In this document: positions 24,429-34,430 of the stretch, piece by piece | Layout: every line of letters begins with the position of its first letter | Position numbering within the stretch: the stretch's first letter is position 1 | IMG/VR virus record: IMGVR_UViG_3300028800_000062 | Span: 1-64,000 of that record | Source: a virus | Strand: one strand, 5' to 3' | DNA: 64,000 bases | Program-made: the position numbers and the translations under genes | Notes under the pieces: generated by a model | The model's input: the letters and a program-made list of their open reading frames with translations, nothing else | What the model was told of the DNA's origin: nothing | Databases searched by the model: none

Positions 24429-26396
24429 ATGGACGATTTCTTCAAGATTATCGATGCCAACAATCGGGATGCGGCCGGCAACCTAATAGATCCCGGGCTG
24501 CTCGATCGCCTGAATCATCCCTACTGCCAGACTTGCATCGCGGAGTACCGGACCAAGTTTCCCGATACGCCTTTCCAGATTGCTTGTCATGGCATTTATT
24601 CAGAGGAAGAGATCGCTCAGCGAGCCATTGACGTAGATGAGCCGGAAGAAGAGATCCGCGAATGCCTAGACCCTGTTTACTGGGCGGAAAAGCACTACAA
24701 GACCCCTGACGCGGAAGGCAATTACGTTCCATTCATAGCGCGCGAATACCAGAAACCCATCCTGCGTTGCACGGCGCAGCGCAAGATCGACCGCCTGGCC
24801 CGCGGACTCGGCAAAACCTCAATGGGAGTGATCGAGGAGTTGCACATTGCCTTCCAGCGCAAGAACTTCTCAGCGACCATCGCTACACCGCAAGAACACC
24901 AGAAGCAGATGTGGTACGACGAAATCCTGCGTACGCTCAATGACGACGTGGATCTACGCGGGTCCCTGGTCTCGAAGAAGCAGAAGCCTTACGGGGAATT
25001 CCAGCTCTCTAACGGAAGCACCATCCGCATCTTCACCGCCGGTTCCAAATCCGGCCGGGGCGGCGGCGGCATCCGCGGCCAGAATCACACCCGCCGGGTA
25101 CGCTTGGACGAGCAGGACTATTTGAGCCCGCAGGATTGGGGCGCCATCGGTCCGCTGCTCCACCGCTTTCCGGACTCCTCTTTTCACGGCAGTTCCACGC
25201 CTACAGGTGCACACGAAAAGTACTACGAGATGTGCACTTCAGACCCCACCATCAAAGAGTTCTATCTGCCGATATCCGTACATCCAAATTGGGGTCCGGA
25301 GATGGAGGCCGCCTGCCGGCGGGAAGCTCGCACCGATGCCATGTACGACCATGAGTACCTGGCTTTGTTTGGGACCAAGGAAGCCGGAGTTTACAAGAGC
25401 CAGTATGTTGACGCCGCCGTCCGCGATTACAAATACGCCGAGGAGAAGTACAACCCCTATCTGCATTACTTCCTTGGTGTTGACTGGAATGGTATGGGCA
25501 CCGGAACTCGCATCCGGGTGTTGTCTTATGACGTGGCAACTACTGTACGGCGGGTAGTCGACCACCTCAAGATCAACAGCACTATCACGGAGTCCATCAC
25601 AGCCATCCGGGATATCAACCGTAAATGGCACTGTGACAAGGTGGCAATCGACGCGGGTATGGGCGCGATGCAGGCTGAGATCCTGCGCAAGATGGGCGCC
25701 GACAGTCCTATGCACCCGGACGACCACAAGTTGAAGGATATCTTAGTGGTGGACTTTGGGGCCACCCTGACGTTCAACAGGCTGGTGCCTAAACGGGATG
25801 ACATCAATCGGGTGACCGGGGAAGATGCCATGGAAGTGGAGCGGCGCACAAAGCCCTTCATGGTCGAAGGTTCCGTCATGTGCCTGGAGGGCGGCCAGTT
25901 CGAATTTGCACGCACAGACAAGATTCTCGACGAACAGTTCCGGGCCTATGTAGTCAAGACCTGGTCGGCGCACGGTTACGCCAACACCTACGATTCCGGA
26001 GGTGTCGGCGATCACGATCTGGATGCCACTCTGCTGGCTCTGTTAGCGATCGAATTGAAGTACGGTATCTACTACAAACCGCACAAGAGCAACACTGCAG
26101 GATCCATCCGGCATCTGGCCGGCTTCGGACCGTCAGGCGCCGTGCGCGCCGGAGACCCTGAGTTTGACAGTGTGCGGGAAGTGCAGAAGTCGGAAGCCGG
26201 GATTCCTTCTCGGACCATTTCTCCGAACCGGGAGGCGTATCTGGCATCCATGCTGAATAATGGCAGCCGGGGTAAGGGTGCCCTCACCGCGCCGAATATG
26301 GCGAAGTCTTCTGTGCGGTCCAGAGTCGGTATCTTCCACAATGCCAATGCACGCACCGGACACTTCGGTGGCAACAACCCAAGGAGACCCATGTGA
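24429..26396 (+). CDS. terL: Terminase large subunit
   Basis: REYQ Q-motif, ARGLGKT Walker A, RLDEQD Walker B, SSTP coupling motif, GVDWN and DHDLDA nuclease aspartates. Confidence 0.95.
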   Translation: MDDFFKIIDANNRDAAGNLIDPGLLDRLNHPYCQTCIAEYRTKFPDTPFQIACHGIYSEEEIAQRAIDVDEPEEEIRECLDPVYWAEKHYKTPDAEGNYVPFIAREYQKPILRCTAQRKIDRLARGLGKTSMGVIEELHIAFQRKNFSATIATPQEHQKQMWYDEILRTLNDDVDLRGSLVSKKQKPYGEFQLSNGSTIRIFTAGSKSGRGGGGIRGQNHTRRVRLDEQDYLSPQDWGAIGPLLHRFPDSSFHGSSTPTGAHEKYYEMCTSDPTIKEFYLPISVHPNWGPEMEAACRREARTDAMYDHEYLALFGTKEAGVYKSQYVDAAVRDYKYAEEKYNPYLHYFLGVDWNGMGTGTRIRVLSYDVATTVRRVVDHLKINSTITESITAIRDINRKWHCDKVAIDAGMGAMQAEILRKMGADSPMHPDDHKLKDILVVDFGATLTFNRLVPKRDDINRVTGEDAMEVERRTKPFMVEGSVMCLEGGQFEFARTDKILDEQFRAYVVKTWSAHGYANTYDSGGVGDHDLDATLLALLAIELKYGIYYKPHKSNTAGSIRHLAGFGPSGAVRAGDPEFDSVREVQKSEAGIPSRTISPNREAYLASMLNNGSRGKGALTAPNMAKSSVRSRVGIFHNANARTGHFGGNNPRRPM

Positions 26397-26800
26397 GCGA
26401 GGTCAATAACAATATCGCAACTCTGTCACTCGACCAGTTTGATGTCCCGCTGAACCTGGCAATCATTTCGGCAGGGCAGACCTGGGCCAACCGGCAGAAA
26501 CTGCAGTATGCTGCGCTAAAAGGCCTTATGAAGGATGATTTCCTGGGCCTGCAGGACGCCTACGAGCAGCGCAGTCTGTATTCGGCGACCAACACCATGA
26601 TATTAACACCGGCCTGGAAGTCGGTGGAAATGCTGGCGATGCGCAACCGCAATCTGCTCCTGCAATTGACCATGGATCCTCAATTGGGAATGATGGTCGG
26701 GCAGGAACTGGAAGAAGTGGCTGGATTGGGCGATACCTTTTCCGTGCCGGCTTCCATATTGGAAGACAACTCTGCTTTGGAATCGAGCATCGGGTCATGA
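26393..26800 (+). CDS. Hypothetical protein
   Basis: Coupled ORF after terL. Confidence 0.7.
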   Translation: MSEVNNNIATLSLDQFDVPLNLAIISAGQTWANRQKLQYAALKGLMKDDFLGLQDAYEQRSLYSATNTMILTPAWKSVEMLAMRNRNLLLQLTMDPQLGMMVGQELEEVAGLGDTFSVPASILEDNSALESSIGS

Positions 26801-28374
26801 GCTTCCAGCCATATCAATGGACTTACACGCCACCGCCAACCGTAACCCCGGTACCGGCTGCGCAGGTGCCTACACCTGCGTCTATTCTGACCACGGTGTC
26901 CTCGCCGGCCTCCAGTCGGGCCGCGCAGCTCATCTCCCGGCTGAGCGATCTGAATGCCACGGCTAAGTATCTCGAACAGGCCATCCTTGCCAGGGCCTCC
27001 TCAATCGGAGTGACCTTTGACATGGATAACGAGCCGGAACTGGTGCTGGCCCTGAAACGCCTATACGGCACGCTGCCGACGGGCATCTCGATTGCGATGT
27101 ACAACCACCTGCTCGATGCGCTGGTCGGAACTCAGCGAGCGGCCGTGGTAATTGACAAGTTGCAATCGAGCAAGGTAGTGGATCCGATACAAGTGGCGGA
27201 CCTGCTGACCACGACCGGATCGGTGGAACAGACCTTGCATCAGGACGGCAGTTATGAGAGTCAGTTGCCGACCCTGCTAAAGACCCTGAAGGGCGACCGG
27301 TTGATCTTCGATAACGTGACCTCCAGTCTGAGTCAGTATCCGGTCATGCAGCCTGGGACACCGGTTACTTCCGGACAGTCTACCGGCGCCGGAACGACTT
27401 ATTCCCCAGCACTGAACAACACCAGTACCGTGAGTGCTGCCCAGGCCGCCGCGGCCAGCTCCACGCCCGTCGACGTGGATCCGGATACCGTCACCAACCT
27501 CAATGAGCGGCTGGATGCGTTTGAGAACAACTACAACGCCACCAACACCATGGTTACCGCGACTGAACCCGTGTTGACCGATATCAACAGCATTGCGCAG
27601 TCCTACCTGGCGCGCCCGCTGCAGGAACTGGCCATGGTTCTGAGTCTGCTCAGCTCGCTCAAGGCATTCTTCAGCAAGCCCAGTCTCTCCAAAATCACCG
27701 GCATCATGGAAACACTGATCCTGCCGCGGTTAATCGCTCAGGTCAGCGCTTTCAACTTCCTCCTGGATCAGGCCGTGCAGAAGGCCATGTCTCCGGCGCA
27801 GAATCTCATCAATTCCCTGGGAAGCCTGTTTGCTCAAGTCTCCCAGTCCACCAGCCAGATCGCCGCCCTGGTTTCAAGCAATACCCAGTTGACCGGCAAA
27901 CTGGCAGGTCAGATTACAGGAACATCCAAGCCCAGTCTGACTGCCAGCCAAACCCAGGCGTTGAGCGCCCTACCTGTAGGCCTAGCCAAACTGAGTGGCA
28001 ATCTCAGTTTTGCCATGAATGAAGCCACGGCCAAGCGAAACTACACCGAGACCAGCATGATGCGCATCCTCGATCGCAAGCTCGATCAGGACGGCGACCG
28101 CCTGGAAATCATGCAGAATCTCAGTTCGATCGACGCCCTGGTGGCCATCACCCAGTCGTTCCTGAACACTAAGTCTCAAAACGGAGTGCCGTACGGCAGT
28201 CCGCCGGCCGCGATTCAACAGGCCGTCAGCCAGTCTCTGAACTCCGCCGGAGCGGTGCAGCCTCAGATACCCACTCCGGTAGCCCAATATCACATCCCCG
28301 AGCCTCCCGCGCAGGCCACCGCCGTTTTCCAACGAGCCCAAGCCAGGAGTGCCAATGTCCCCGTCTCTGTTTGA
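26797..28374 (+). CDS. Helical hypothetical (probable virion) protein
   Basis: 525-aa ORF between terL and portal. Confidence 0.75.
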   Translation: MSFQPYQWTYTPPPTVTPVPAAQVPTPASILTTVSSPASSRAAQLISRLSDLNATAKYLEQAILARASSIGVTFDMDNEPELVLALKRLYGTLPTGISIAMYNHLLDALVGTQRAAVVIDKLQSSKVVDPIQVADLLTTTGSVEQTLHQDGSYESQLPTLLKTLKGDRLIFDNVTSSLSQYPVMQPGTPVTSGQSTGAGTTYSPALNNTSTVSAAQAAAASSTPVDVDPDTVTNLNERLDAFENNYNATNTMVTATEPVLTDINSIAQSYLARPLQELAMVLSLLSSLKAFFSKPSLSKITGIMETLILPRLIAQVSAFNFLLDQAVQKAMSPAQNLINSLGSLFAQVSQSTSQIAALVSSNTQLTGKLAGQITGTSKPSLTASQTQALSALPVGLAKLSGNLSFAMNEATAKRNYTETSMMRILDRKLDQDGDRLEIMQNLSSIDALVAITQSFLNTKSQNGVPYGSPPAAIQQAVSQSLNSAGAVQPQIPTPVAQYHIPEPPAQATAVFQRAQARSANVPVSV

Positions 28375-30424
28375 TCAACAACAGTACTATCTTGAACAAC
28401 AACATCAAATGCGCCAGAAGGCCCTGCAGCAGGCCGTCAAGTTGTCCGGTCGGGAGTCCAAGGGAATGCTTGCCTGGAAGGCCATCCTGGTGGATGGTAA
28501 CGGAAAGCCGATCATGCCCAAACCTCCGGTCAGCCGGAGTGGTTGGGATATTCCCAAGGAGGCCACCTTCCTTAAGACACTGCTATCTGGTGTGATCGGA
28601 GACGAGCGCCCGTTTCATGGACGGGACAAGCAGCAGAACAAACTCATGGCGGATGCTGTCAGCAGCCGCGGCTCGAACAAACGGTTCCAGGCCAAGGTAG
28701 CGGCCGAGACCGATATCGCCAACAATTACTGGGGATACCGCGGCGTGCTGCAGCCGGAATACGACCTGCTCGAGCCCTACACTCTCCTCGACGTTGAGGC
28801 CATCTACTTCAACGCCCTGAAACGCATGCGGTCTCTGTGTTTCCGCAACGGTGTGGAGTGGGTGGGAGAAAGCGACCCATTTGTCCGGTATATCCGCAAG
28901 CGTACCGATCAGATCGGCTACGTCATGGGGACCACGTTTGAGCAGCATTTGAAGGAGGTTTTATGGCATCTACTGGTTTGCAGCAACTGCATCGTAGTGA
29001 AGATCCGGGACAAGGAGAAGTCCGGGGGATACAGCAACGAGAAGAACAGCAACAAGACGCCGGTGGCCGGGTATACAATCGTGCCGCCGCACACGATCTT
29101 TCCCTACATGGACGGCTTCGGTCAAATCGCGTGGTGGCGCCGGTTCTACAAAGACGGCCGGCCTTACCGGGACTATCTACCGGAGGACCTAATACACCTA
29201 CGATGGGACGTGAAACCCGGACACATCTACGGTACCCCAAGGGTGTATTCCGTCCGTGACGACATCTACGCGCTGCGTCGCCTGGAAGAGAACAACGAAC
29301 TGCTGTTAATCCGCCACCTGTTCCCGCTATTCCACATTAAGGTGGGGAATGAAAAGGAACCTGTTGAGTACCTGCCTGATGGAGGCAGTGAAGTCGATGT
29401 GGTGCGGGCCAATATTGAAAACATGCCCAAGGAAGGCATCTTTGTCACCGACCACCGCGTGGAAGTGGACGTCAAAGGCGCAGAGGGTAAAGGCATCGAC
29501 CCACAACCCTTAATCGAGCACTATAAGAAGCGCGTCTATGTAGGCCTGGGCACCTCGCCGATTGACTTGGGTGAAGGCGATACGACCAATCACGCGACCG
29601 CAGATAACATCTCTCAGAACATGAAGGACCGGATCAAAGACGATCTGACCACTTTTGGCAGCATGGTCAAGATGAATTACGTGAAGGAGATGTTCGAGGA
29701 GAGCAGCCAGGAGCATCTCTCCGTGCAGAACGCCGTGTCGGATGTCAGCCTGGCCTTCCATGAGATCGACGTGGACGGACAGATCAAGCTCGAGACGCAT
29801 GCCACCAATCAATACACCAACGGAGTCATCGATCTGCCGGAAGCCCGGCGCGTGGCGCGGCGCAACAAGTTGACCAAGGAACAGGAAACTGAGATGCACT
29901 TCAGCCGCCAAACGATGGTGCTGGAGAAGTTCAGAGCCAAGACCCAGAAAGACCTGCTGCAGATGAAGCTCGATGGTACCGCCAAGGTGGCCATGCATAC
30001 TGCGGCCATGGAACACGGCGGCACCAAAACCACGCACGTCAAGAAGTCCAACGCCAAGACCGGCGCCTCGGTCAGCCGCATGGTGAAGGAGCCCACCTCC
30101 CACGGCCGCAAGATGCTGTCCAACCTGGTACAGCCGGAAAACCAGCACGGCAAGAACCTCGATCCGCATAAGGCCAAAAGCTCCGAAGATCCGGATTTGG
30201 TGAAGGCATTGCTCGATGAACTGCAGGAAGCGCTGCAGGACCTCACAGAGTCCGGTTCTCTGACCGCGGCTCGCTGGCAGGAGGAATCCGGGAAGGTAAT
30301 TGATGAGTTGTTACCGGAAAACCCGCAGCTGGGCACCAGTCTGAAATCCGCCGCCAAGTTCGGAATGGATGGAGATTTGTTGCCTTCCTTGATTCTTGCT
30401 GCACTTTCCCTCGAAGCTAACTAA
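28349..30424 (+). CDS. Portal protein
   Basis: Position between terminase and protease; YLPEDLIHLR...IYGTP clip-like motif; helical wing and crown. Confidence 0.85.
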   Translation: MPMSPSLFDQQQYYLEQQHQMRQKALQQAVKLSGRESKGMLAWKAILVDGNGKPIMPKPPVSRSGWDIPKEATFLKTLLSGVIGDERPFHGRDKQQNKLMADAVSSRGSNKRFQAKVAAETDIANNYWGYRGVLQPEYDLLEPYTLLDVEAIYFNALKRMRSLCFRNGVEWVGESDPFVRYIRKRTDQIGYVMGTTFEQHLKEVLWHLLVCSNCIVVKIRDKEKSGGYSNEKNSNKTPVAGYTIVPPHTIFPYMDGFGQIAWWRRFYKDGRPYRDYLPEDLIHLRWDVKPGHIYGTPRVYSVRDDIYALRRLEENNELLLIRHLFPLFHIKVGNEKEPVEYLPDGGSEVDVVRANIENMPKEGIFVTDHRVEVDVKGAEGKGIDPQPLIEHYKKRVYVGLGTSPIDLGEGDTTNHATADNISQNMKDRIKDDLTTFGSMVKMNYVKEMFEESSQEHLSVQNAVSDVSLAFHEIDVDGQIKLETHATNQYTNGVIDLPEARRVARRNKLTKEQETEMHFSRQTMVLEKFRAKTQKDLLQMKLDGTAKVAMHTAAMEHGGTKTTHVKKSNAKTGASVSRMVKEPTSHGRKMLSNLVQPENQHGKNLDPHKAKSSEDPDLVKALLDELQEALQDLTESGSLTAARWQEESGKVIDELLPENPQLGTSLKSAAKFGMDGDLLPSLILAALSLEAN

Positions 30425-30432
30425 CGGTGTGT

Positions 30433-30444
30433 CTATACTAACAA
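30433..30444 (+). promoter_or_regulatory. Late-promoter-like motif CTATACTAACAA
   Basis: Copy 4 of 5, heads the protease-capsid operon. Confidence 0.75.
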
Positions 30445-30447
30445 GGG

Positions 30448-30633
30448 ATGAATATGAGCAAGATCCCAGTCAACAACAATTCAGCACCGACACCCCGGGT
30501 GCATCCAAGCCTTCCGTCCGGCAAAATACCGCTGGGACAGTTCCAGCAACAGCTGACTATTCCCGGTATGTCGCCGGCTGAAGCCCACGGCCAGGCCATC
30601 CTCACCCAAATGGGTTTGCCGGGCTCGAAATAA
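30448..30633 (+). CDS. Small hypothetical protein
   Basis: ORF right after the motif. Confidence 0.6.
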   Translation: MNMSKIPVNNNSAPTPRVHPSLPSGKIPLGQFQQQLTIPGMSPAEAHGQAILTQMGLPGSK

Positions 30634-30635
30634 TC

Positions 30636-32948
30636 ATGAACTGGCTGTCGATGCGCGACTTCCTGACCTTAGAGGTCAAGGGGACCGAAAAGGACAAACG
30701 GTACTTGTTCGAGTGCCGGGACGCGGAGTCTCCGACCGGTCATAGTCTGAGCATCAAGGCCGAAGCAACTCACGCCGCCATCGTGAACGGCAACGTCCGG
30801 TTCTACCGGCCGGACCGCATGCAGGCAGGAACCCATACCTGGGTGCCGGCGCCCGGACTGGCCCGTTGCCCGGTACTGTTGCACCATGACGACGATCGCG
30901 ACCCAGTAGGCCGGATTCACGGCGCGCGCTATCAGGACCTGTCGTATCTGTATCCGGATCCGGCGGTGCGCCGGCTGATCTTTTACGACGGAGTGAAAGG
31001 CGCCAAGAAGCTCAACCTGTATGAGTCGGTCGATTGGGTGACCGACAATCTGCTGGCGCTGCCTAAATACAAGGGTCTGGGGTACATCGAGCTCGACCTG
31101 AACATTCAGGATCCAGACGCTATCCAGAAGATCCAGGACGGCCGTTACATTACCGTCTCGGTGGGCTTCCGGACCAACGCCGCTATCTGTTCCATCTGTC
31201 ACTCGGACTGGTCTACGGATGAGCCCTGCGACCACGGGCTAGGAAAGATGGTCGACGGCCGGCGCATGTTCTTAATCTGTGGCGATCTGAGCTACAGGGA
31301 ATGTTCTTTCGTGAACTTCCCGGCGGACCCCATGGGCCAGGTTAAGACCGGATCGGACGCCTTGAAGATGCTGTCCGACAGCGTCCAAACTCGGGTGTTC
31401 TTCATCGGACTGGATTCGAGCGAACGGGAATCGCGGCGCGCGGCGCTGCAGATCTCCGACACAGCCTTCACAGATTCTCTTAAGCTCCGGGCGGACATCA
31501 GCCTGGACGAGGACGATGTCATGGATTTGGAAAGTATTCTCCAGGAAATTGCATCCGACACGTTGGTCAAGGAGCGGGCGCTGGAATTGCGCGCGCAGCT
31601 CCAGGCCGTAGAAGATCAGACCTCGGTGAAGGCCGCCCTGGCCACACTGAACGCCAAGATCCGGGTGCTCGGATGGGCGGAGGAAGCCCCCAGCAAAGAC
31701 TTGGTACAGACCAAGATCGACAGCCTGTCGGCCGTGCTTCCCACGCTCTCGCCGGAAGCCCGCGTCGTTTACATCCGCCAGCTGGCGGAGCGCGCCAAGG
31801 CCGCCGGTGTGGACTTTGTGCCGCCGGAGCTGAAAACCGTAGCCGACGCCGAAGATCCCTGGAAGGATTTCGTTGCAGAGGGTGAGGACGCTGTATATTT
31901 CGGCCGCACCGAGGATGAGTTCTACGATGAACTGAGCGCGGAACTCGAGTCGGCCGACGCCAAATTGAGCGGGGAAGCGCGCAAGAATCTGAAGAAGTCT
32001 ACCTTCTGTGGACCGGGCAAGTCATTCCCGGTTCCCGACTGCGCGCACGTCACCGCGGCCCGCCGGTTGATTGGCAAAGCCAAGGTCAGCGAAGACGTCA
32101 AGAAGCGCATTCTTTCCTGCGTGGCGGGCAAGGCCAAATCCATGTCCTGCTCCGCAGAAGAGAAGAAGGACCGGATCACCGACAACCCGGCATTCAAAAC
32201 GCTCACCGACCACTGGGTGGATGGGCCGGACGACGGCAAGAAGCCGTTTACGCACTCCGCACAGATGTTGCAGCATATCGATGACACCCACATGGTGCAT
32301 GAGGGTCTCGAAGAGCATGAACGGCCGCACTTCCGGGAGGCTCTCTACTGCCTGCAGAACCTGTGGTCCGCCAGCGGCTCGATCGATCATATCAAGCAGC
32401 ACATCGCCAATCGGGGCGAAACCATTATTCCGGCCAAGGATCTCGAACAGCTGCATGAGGCCATCGGCCGCTATGAGCTGGACCTGAAAGAGCAGAAGGC
32501 AGAGATTGACCTGCTCACTCAGGCGCAGAAGGCCATCATCACCGACTCCAAGCAGAACATCGCGCGGATCGTGGTATTGAGCAGCATGCTGCTGAAGGAA
32601 CAAGGTTTTGAGGGACTGGACACCGCCCAAATCCAAACTGAGATTGATGCCCGGTCCAAGCGTAGTCTGGACAGCCTGAAAGATTCCCTGGACGATCTGC
32701 AGAAGAAGCTCCAGGGTGATCCGGCGCCCTCCGGTAAGAAACAGGATGATGTTCCGGTCCGGCAGGTCAGTGACAAGGCCCAAGTAGCGGATCCGCCCGT
32801 CACCACCGAAGCCCCCTCTCAGGACAGCGAGACTGAGGAACCCCAGGTGAACGCGAATATGCTGCGAGCCCTTTCCCCGCGTGAACGCACCCGCGTAATG
32901 CTCCGGGAAAGATCCCGCCGGCTGAAACAGTCGCTGGGAACGAACTAA
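30636..32948 (+). CDS. Prohead protease / scaffold fusion
   Basis: PVLLHHD...PVGRI, VSVGF, CSIC...CDH, ECSFVNFPADP; long helical C-terminus. Confidence 0.88.
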   Translation: MNWLSMRDFLTLEVKGTEKDKRYLFECRDAESPTGHSLSIKAEATHAAIVNGNVRFYRPDRMQAGTHTWVPAPGLARCPVLLHHDDDRDPVGRIHGARYQDLSYLYPDPAVRRLIFYDGVKGAKKLNLYESVDWVTDNLLALPKYKGLGYIELDLNIQDPDAIQKIQDGRYITVSVGFRTNAAICSICHSDWSTDEPCDHGLGKMVDGRRMFLICGDLSYRECSFVNFPADPMGQVKTGSDALKMLSDSVQTRVFFIGLDSSERESRRAALQISDTAFTDSLKLRADISLDEDDVMDLESILQEIASDTLVKERALELRAQLQAVEDQTSVKAALATLNAKIRVLGWAEEAPSKDLVQTKIDSLSAVLPTLSPEARVVYIRQLAERAKAAGVDFVPPELKTVADAEDPWKDFVAEGEDAVYFGRTEDEFYDELSAELESADAKLSGEARKNLKKSTFCGPGKSFPVPDCAHVTAARRLIGKAKVSEDVKKRILSCVAGKAKSMSCSAEEKKDRITDNPAFKTLTDHWVDGPDDGKKPFTHSAQMLQHIDDTHMVHEGLEEHERPHFREALYCLQNLWSASGSIDHIKQHIANRGETIIPAKDLEQLHEAIGRYELDLKEQKAEIDLLTQAQKAIITDSKQNIARIVVLSSMLLKEQGFEGLDTAQIQTEIDARSKRSLDSLKDSLDDLQKKLQGDPAPSGKKQDDVPVRQVSDKAQVADPPVTTEAPSQDSETEEPQVNANMLRALSPRERTRVMLRERSRRLKQSLGTN

Positions 32949-32971
32949 CAGTTAGTTAGGAGATAAGAGTT

Positions 32972-34141
32972 ATGTTTGACGTCAACAATCAATATACCGG
33001 GACATTCTTCGGTAAGGACCGTATCGGCTTTACCACCCCGGATGCCGAGGGTAGCGAAATCCTGCGCCCGTTTCTTCCGGTTCCCTACCCGGCCCCCTGG
33101 CTGCCCATCCGTCGGCGTGACGAAGGTCATCCGGTAGGCGCCGGCGTGGTTCTGAGTTCGAACTATGTGGTGGGTCTCGATTCTTCGGGAGCTCTGATTC
33201 CGGCCGGACTGCGTAGCGGTCCTACCGGCAACGGCGGCCCTGCCCAGTATCTGCAATACGGCCCCGACGATGTAGGGTTCACCTATAACCCCATCACCGG
33301 TGTGCCGGTGGCTTCCGCCACGGAAACGGCTTTGATCGCCTGCGCTTCGGACGCTAGCACTTCCGCTGGCATCACGGTCAACGGGATCGTTTTTACAGGC
33401 GCCCAGGTGACTGCGGCGCTGGCCTGCACGCTGGTCGCTGGCGGCATCTCCCGCCCGATCGGCTATGTCATCCGGAACGTCTTCCAATTCCTGGGCGGCG
33501 TTAATGTCACCAGCACCACCGGTGGCATGCAGTACACCATCGACAGCATGAACCCGGCCAAGGCCCGCGTGACCAACTACATGCACGAGCCCGGCACCGC
33601 CGTACAGACCTCCGCAGTGTTGCGCATGCCCTGGATTGGGGCTACGCCCAGCACCCTGCAGACTCTGGCCACTGCGGCCGGCTTGAGCACCTCGCAATAC
33701 CAACAGGACGCCTGGTCGCAGAGCTTCCTGCATATGTGCGGTACCAAGGGTGCCAGCGTCGGACAGTTCTTCCCCGGCTGCTCGGTAGTTCCTGGGGACC
33801 AGAACGGCGCCGCGGATTCCGGTCACTTCATTCCGTACGATTCGACCAAGCACAGCTTCGATCAGATCTGCGGCCGCGTGATCGGCGTGGAAAGCATGTA
33901 CCCCATTCACGGATATGCGGACCGCGTACGCACCCAGTTTGACCGCGCGCAGAACTTCGTCGGGCCTTTCACCGAATCGCATCCGACGCAGATGATGATG
34001 GGCGGCAGCGCCACCAAGGGTCTGGACTATCAGATCAACATTTCGACCAAGGGTCTGTTGCGCTCCTTGCTGCTCGCCGGTGTTACCAACATTCCGGCGG
34101 AAGCGGCCACGTATGCCTGGATCGCATTCCGTTCGGTGTAA
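32972..34141 (+). CDS. Head decoration / auxiliary capsid protein
   Basis: Beta-rich, lies between protease and MCP; AGGAG RBS. Confidence 0.6.
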   Translation: MFDVNNQYTGTFFGKDRIGFTTPDAEGSEILRPFLPVPYPAPWLPIRRRDEGHPVGAGVVLSSNYVVGLDSSGALIPAGLRSGPTGNGGPAQYLQYGPDDVGFTYNPITGVPVASATETALIACASDASTSAGITVNGIVFTGAQVTAALACTLVAGGISRPIGYVIRNVFQFLGGVNVTSTTGGMQYTIDSMNPAKARVTNYMHEPGTAVQTSAVLRMPWIGATPSTLQTLATAAGLSTSQYQQDAWSQSFLHMCGTKGASVGQFFPGCSVVPGDQNGAADSGHFIPYDSTKHSFDQICGRVIGVESMYPIHGYADRVRTQFDRAQNFVGPFTESHPTQMMMGGSATKGLDYQINISTKGLLRSLLLAGVTNIPAEAATYAWIAFRSV

Positions 34142-34149
34142 CTAACCAT

Positions 34150-34365
34150 ATGATGACTCTCCGATCTGCGGTGATTAAAGGCCGTGCCCGCTTTACTCCG
34201 GATGGACTGCGCTGCGCGAATCCCCGGGAAGCGGACGAAGAGCGGTTGTGCAACAAGTTGATCTGCAAGCCAAATGATGCAGGTCAGACGGCCGGCAAGT
34301 TTCGTTGCGATCGCTGCAAGCAGGACATTGAAGTTGCTTTGGTCCTGCCGCGGCGCGTAGCTTAG
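34150..34365 (+). CDS. Mu Com-like zinc-ribbon protein (putative translational regulator)
   Basis: LRC...CNKLICK...KFRCDRCK resembles Com RCxxCNKLL.K...IKCPRC. Confidence 0.6.
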   Translation: MMTLRSAVIKGRARFTPDGLRCANPREADEERLCNKLICKPNDAGQTAGKFRCDRCKQDIEVALVLPRRVA

Positions 34366-34392
34366 AGCAGTATTCAAACTAGAGGCTCAGTG

Positions 34393-34422
34393 GAAGCCCT
34401 AAGTCCTTTTCAAAGGAGTTAG
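34393..34422 (+). promoter_or_regulatory. MCP 5'-UTR motif and SD-sequestering hairpin
   Basis: GAAGCCCTAAGTCC; CTAAgTCCTT-ttca-AAGGAgTTAG. Confidence 0.5.
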
Positions 34423-34430
34423 GTACTTCC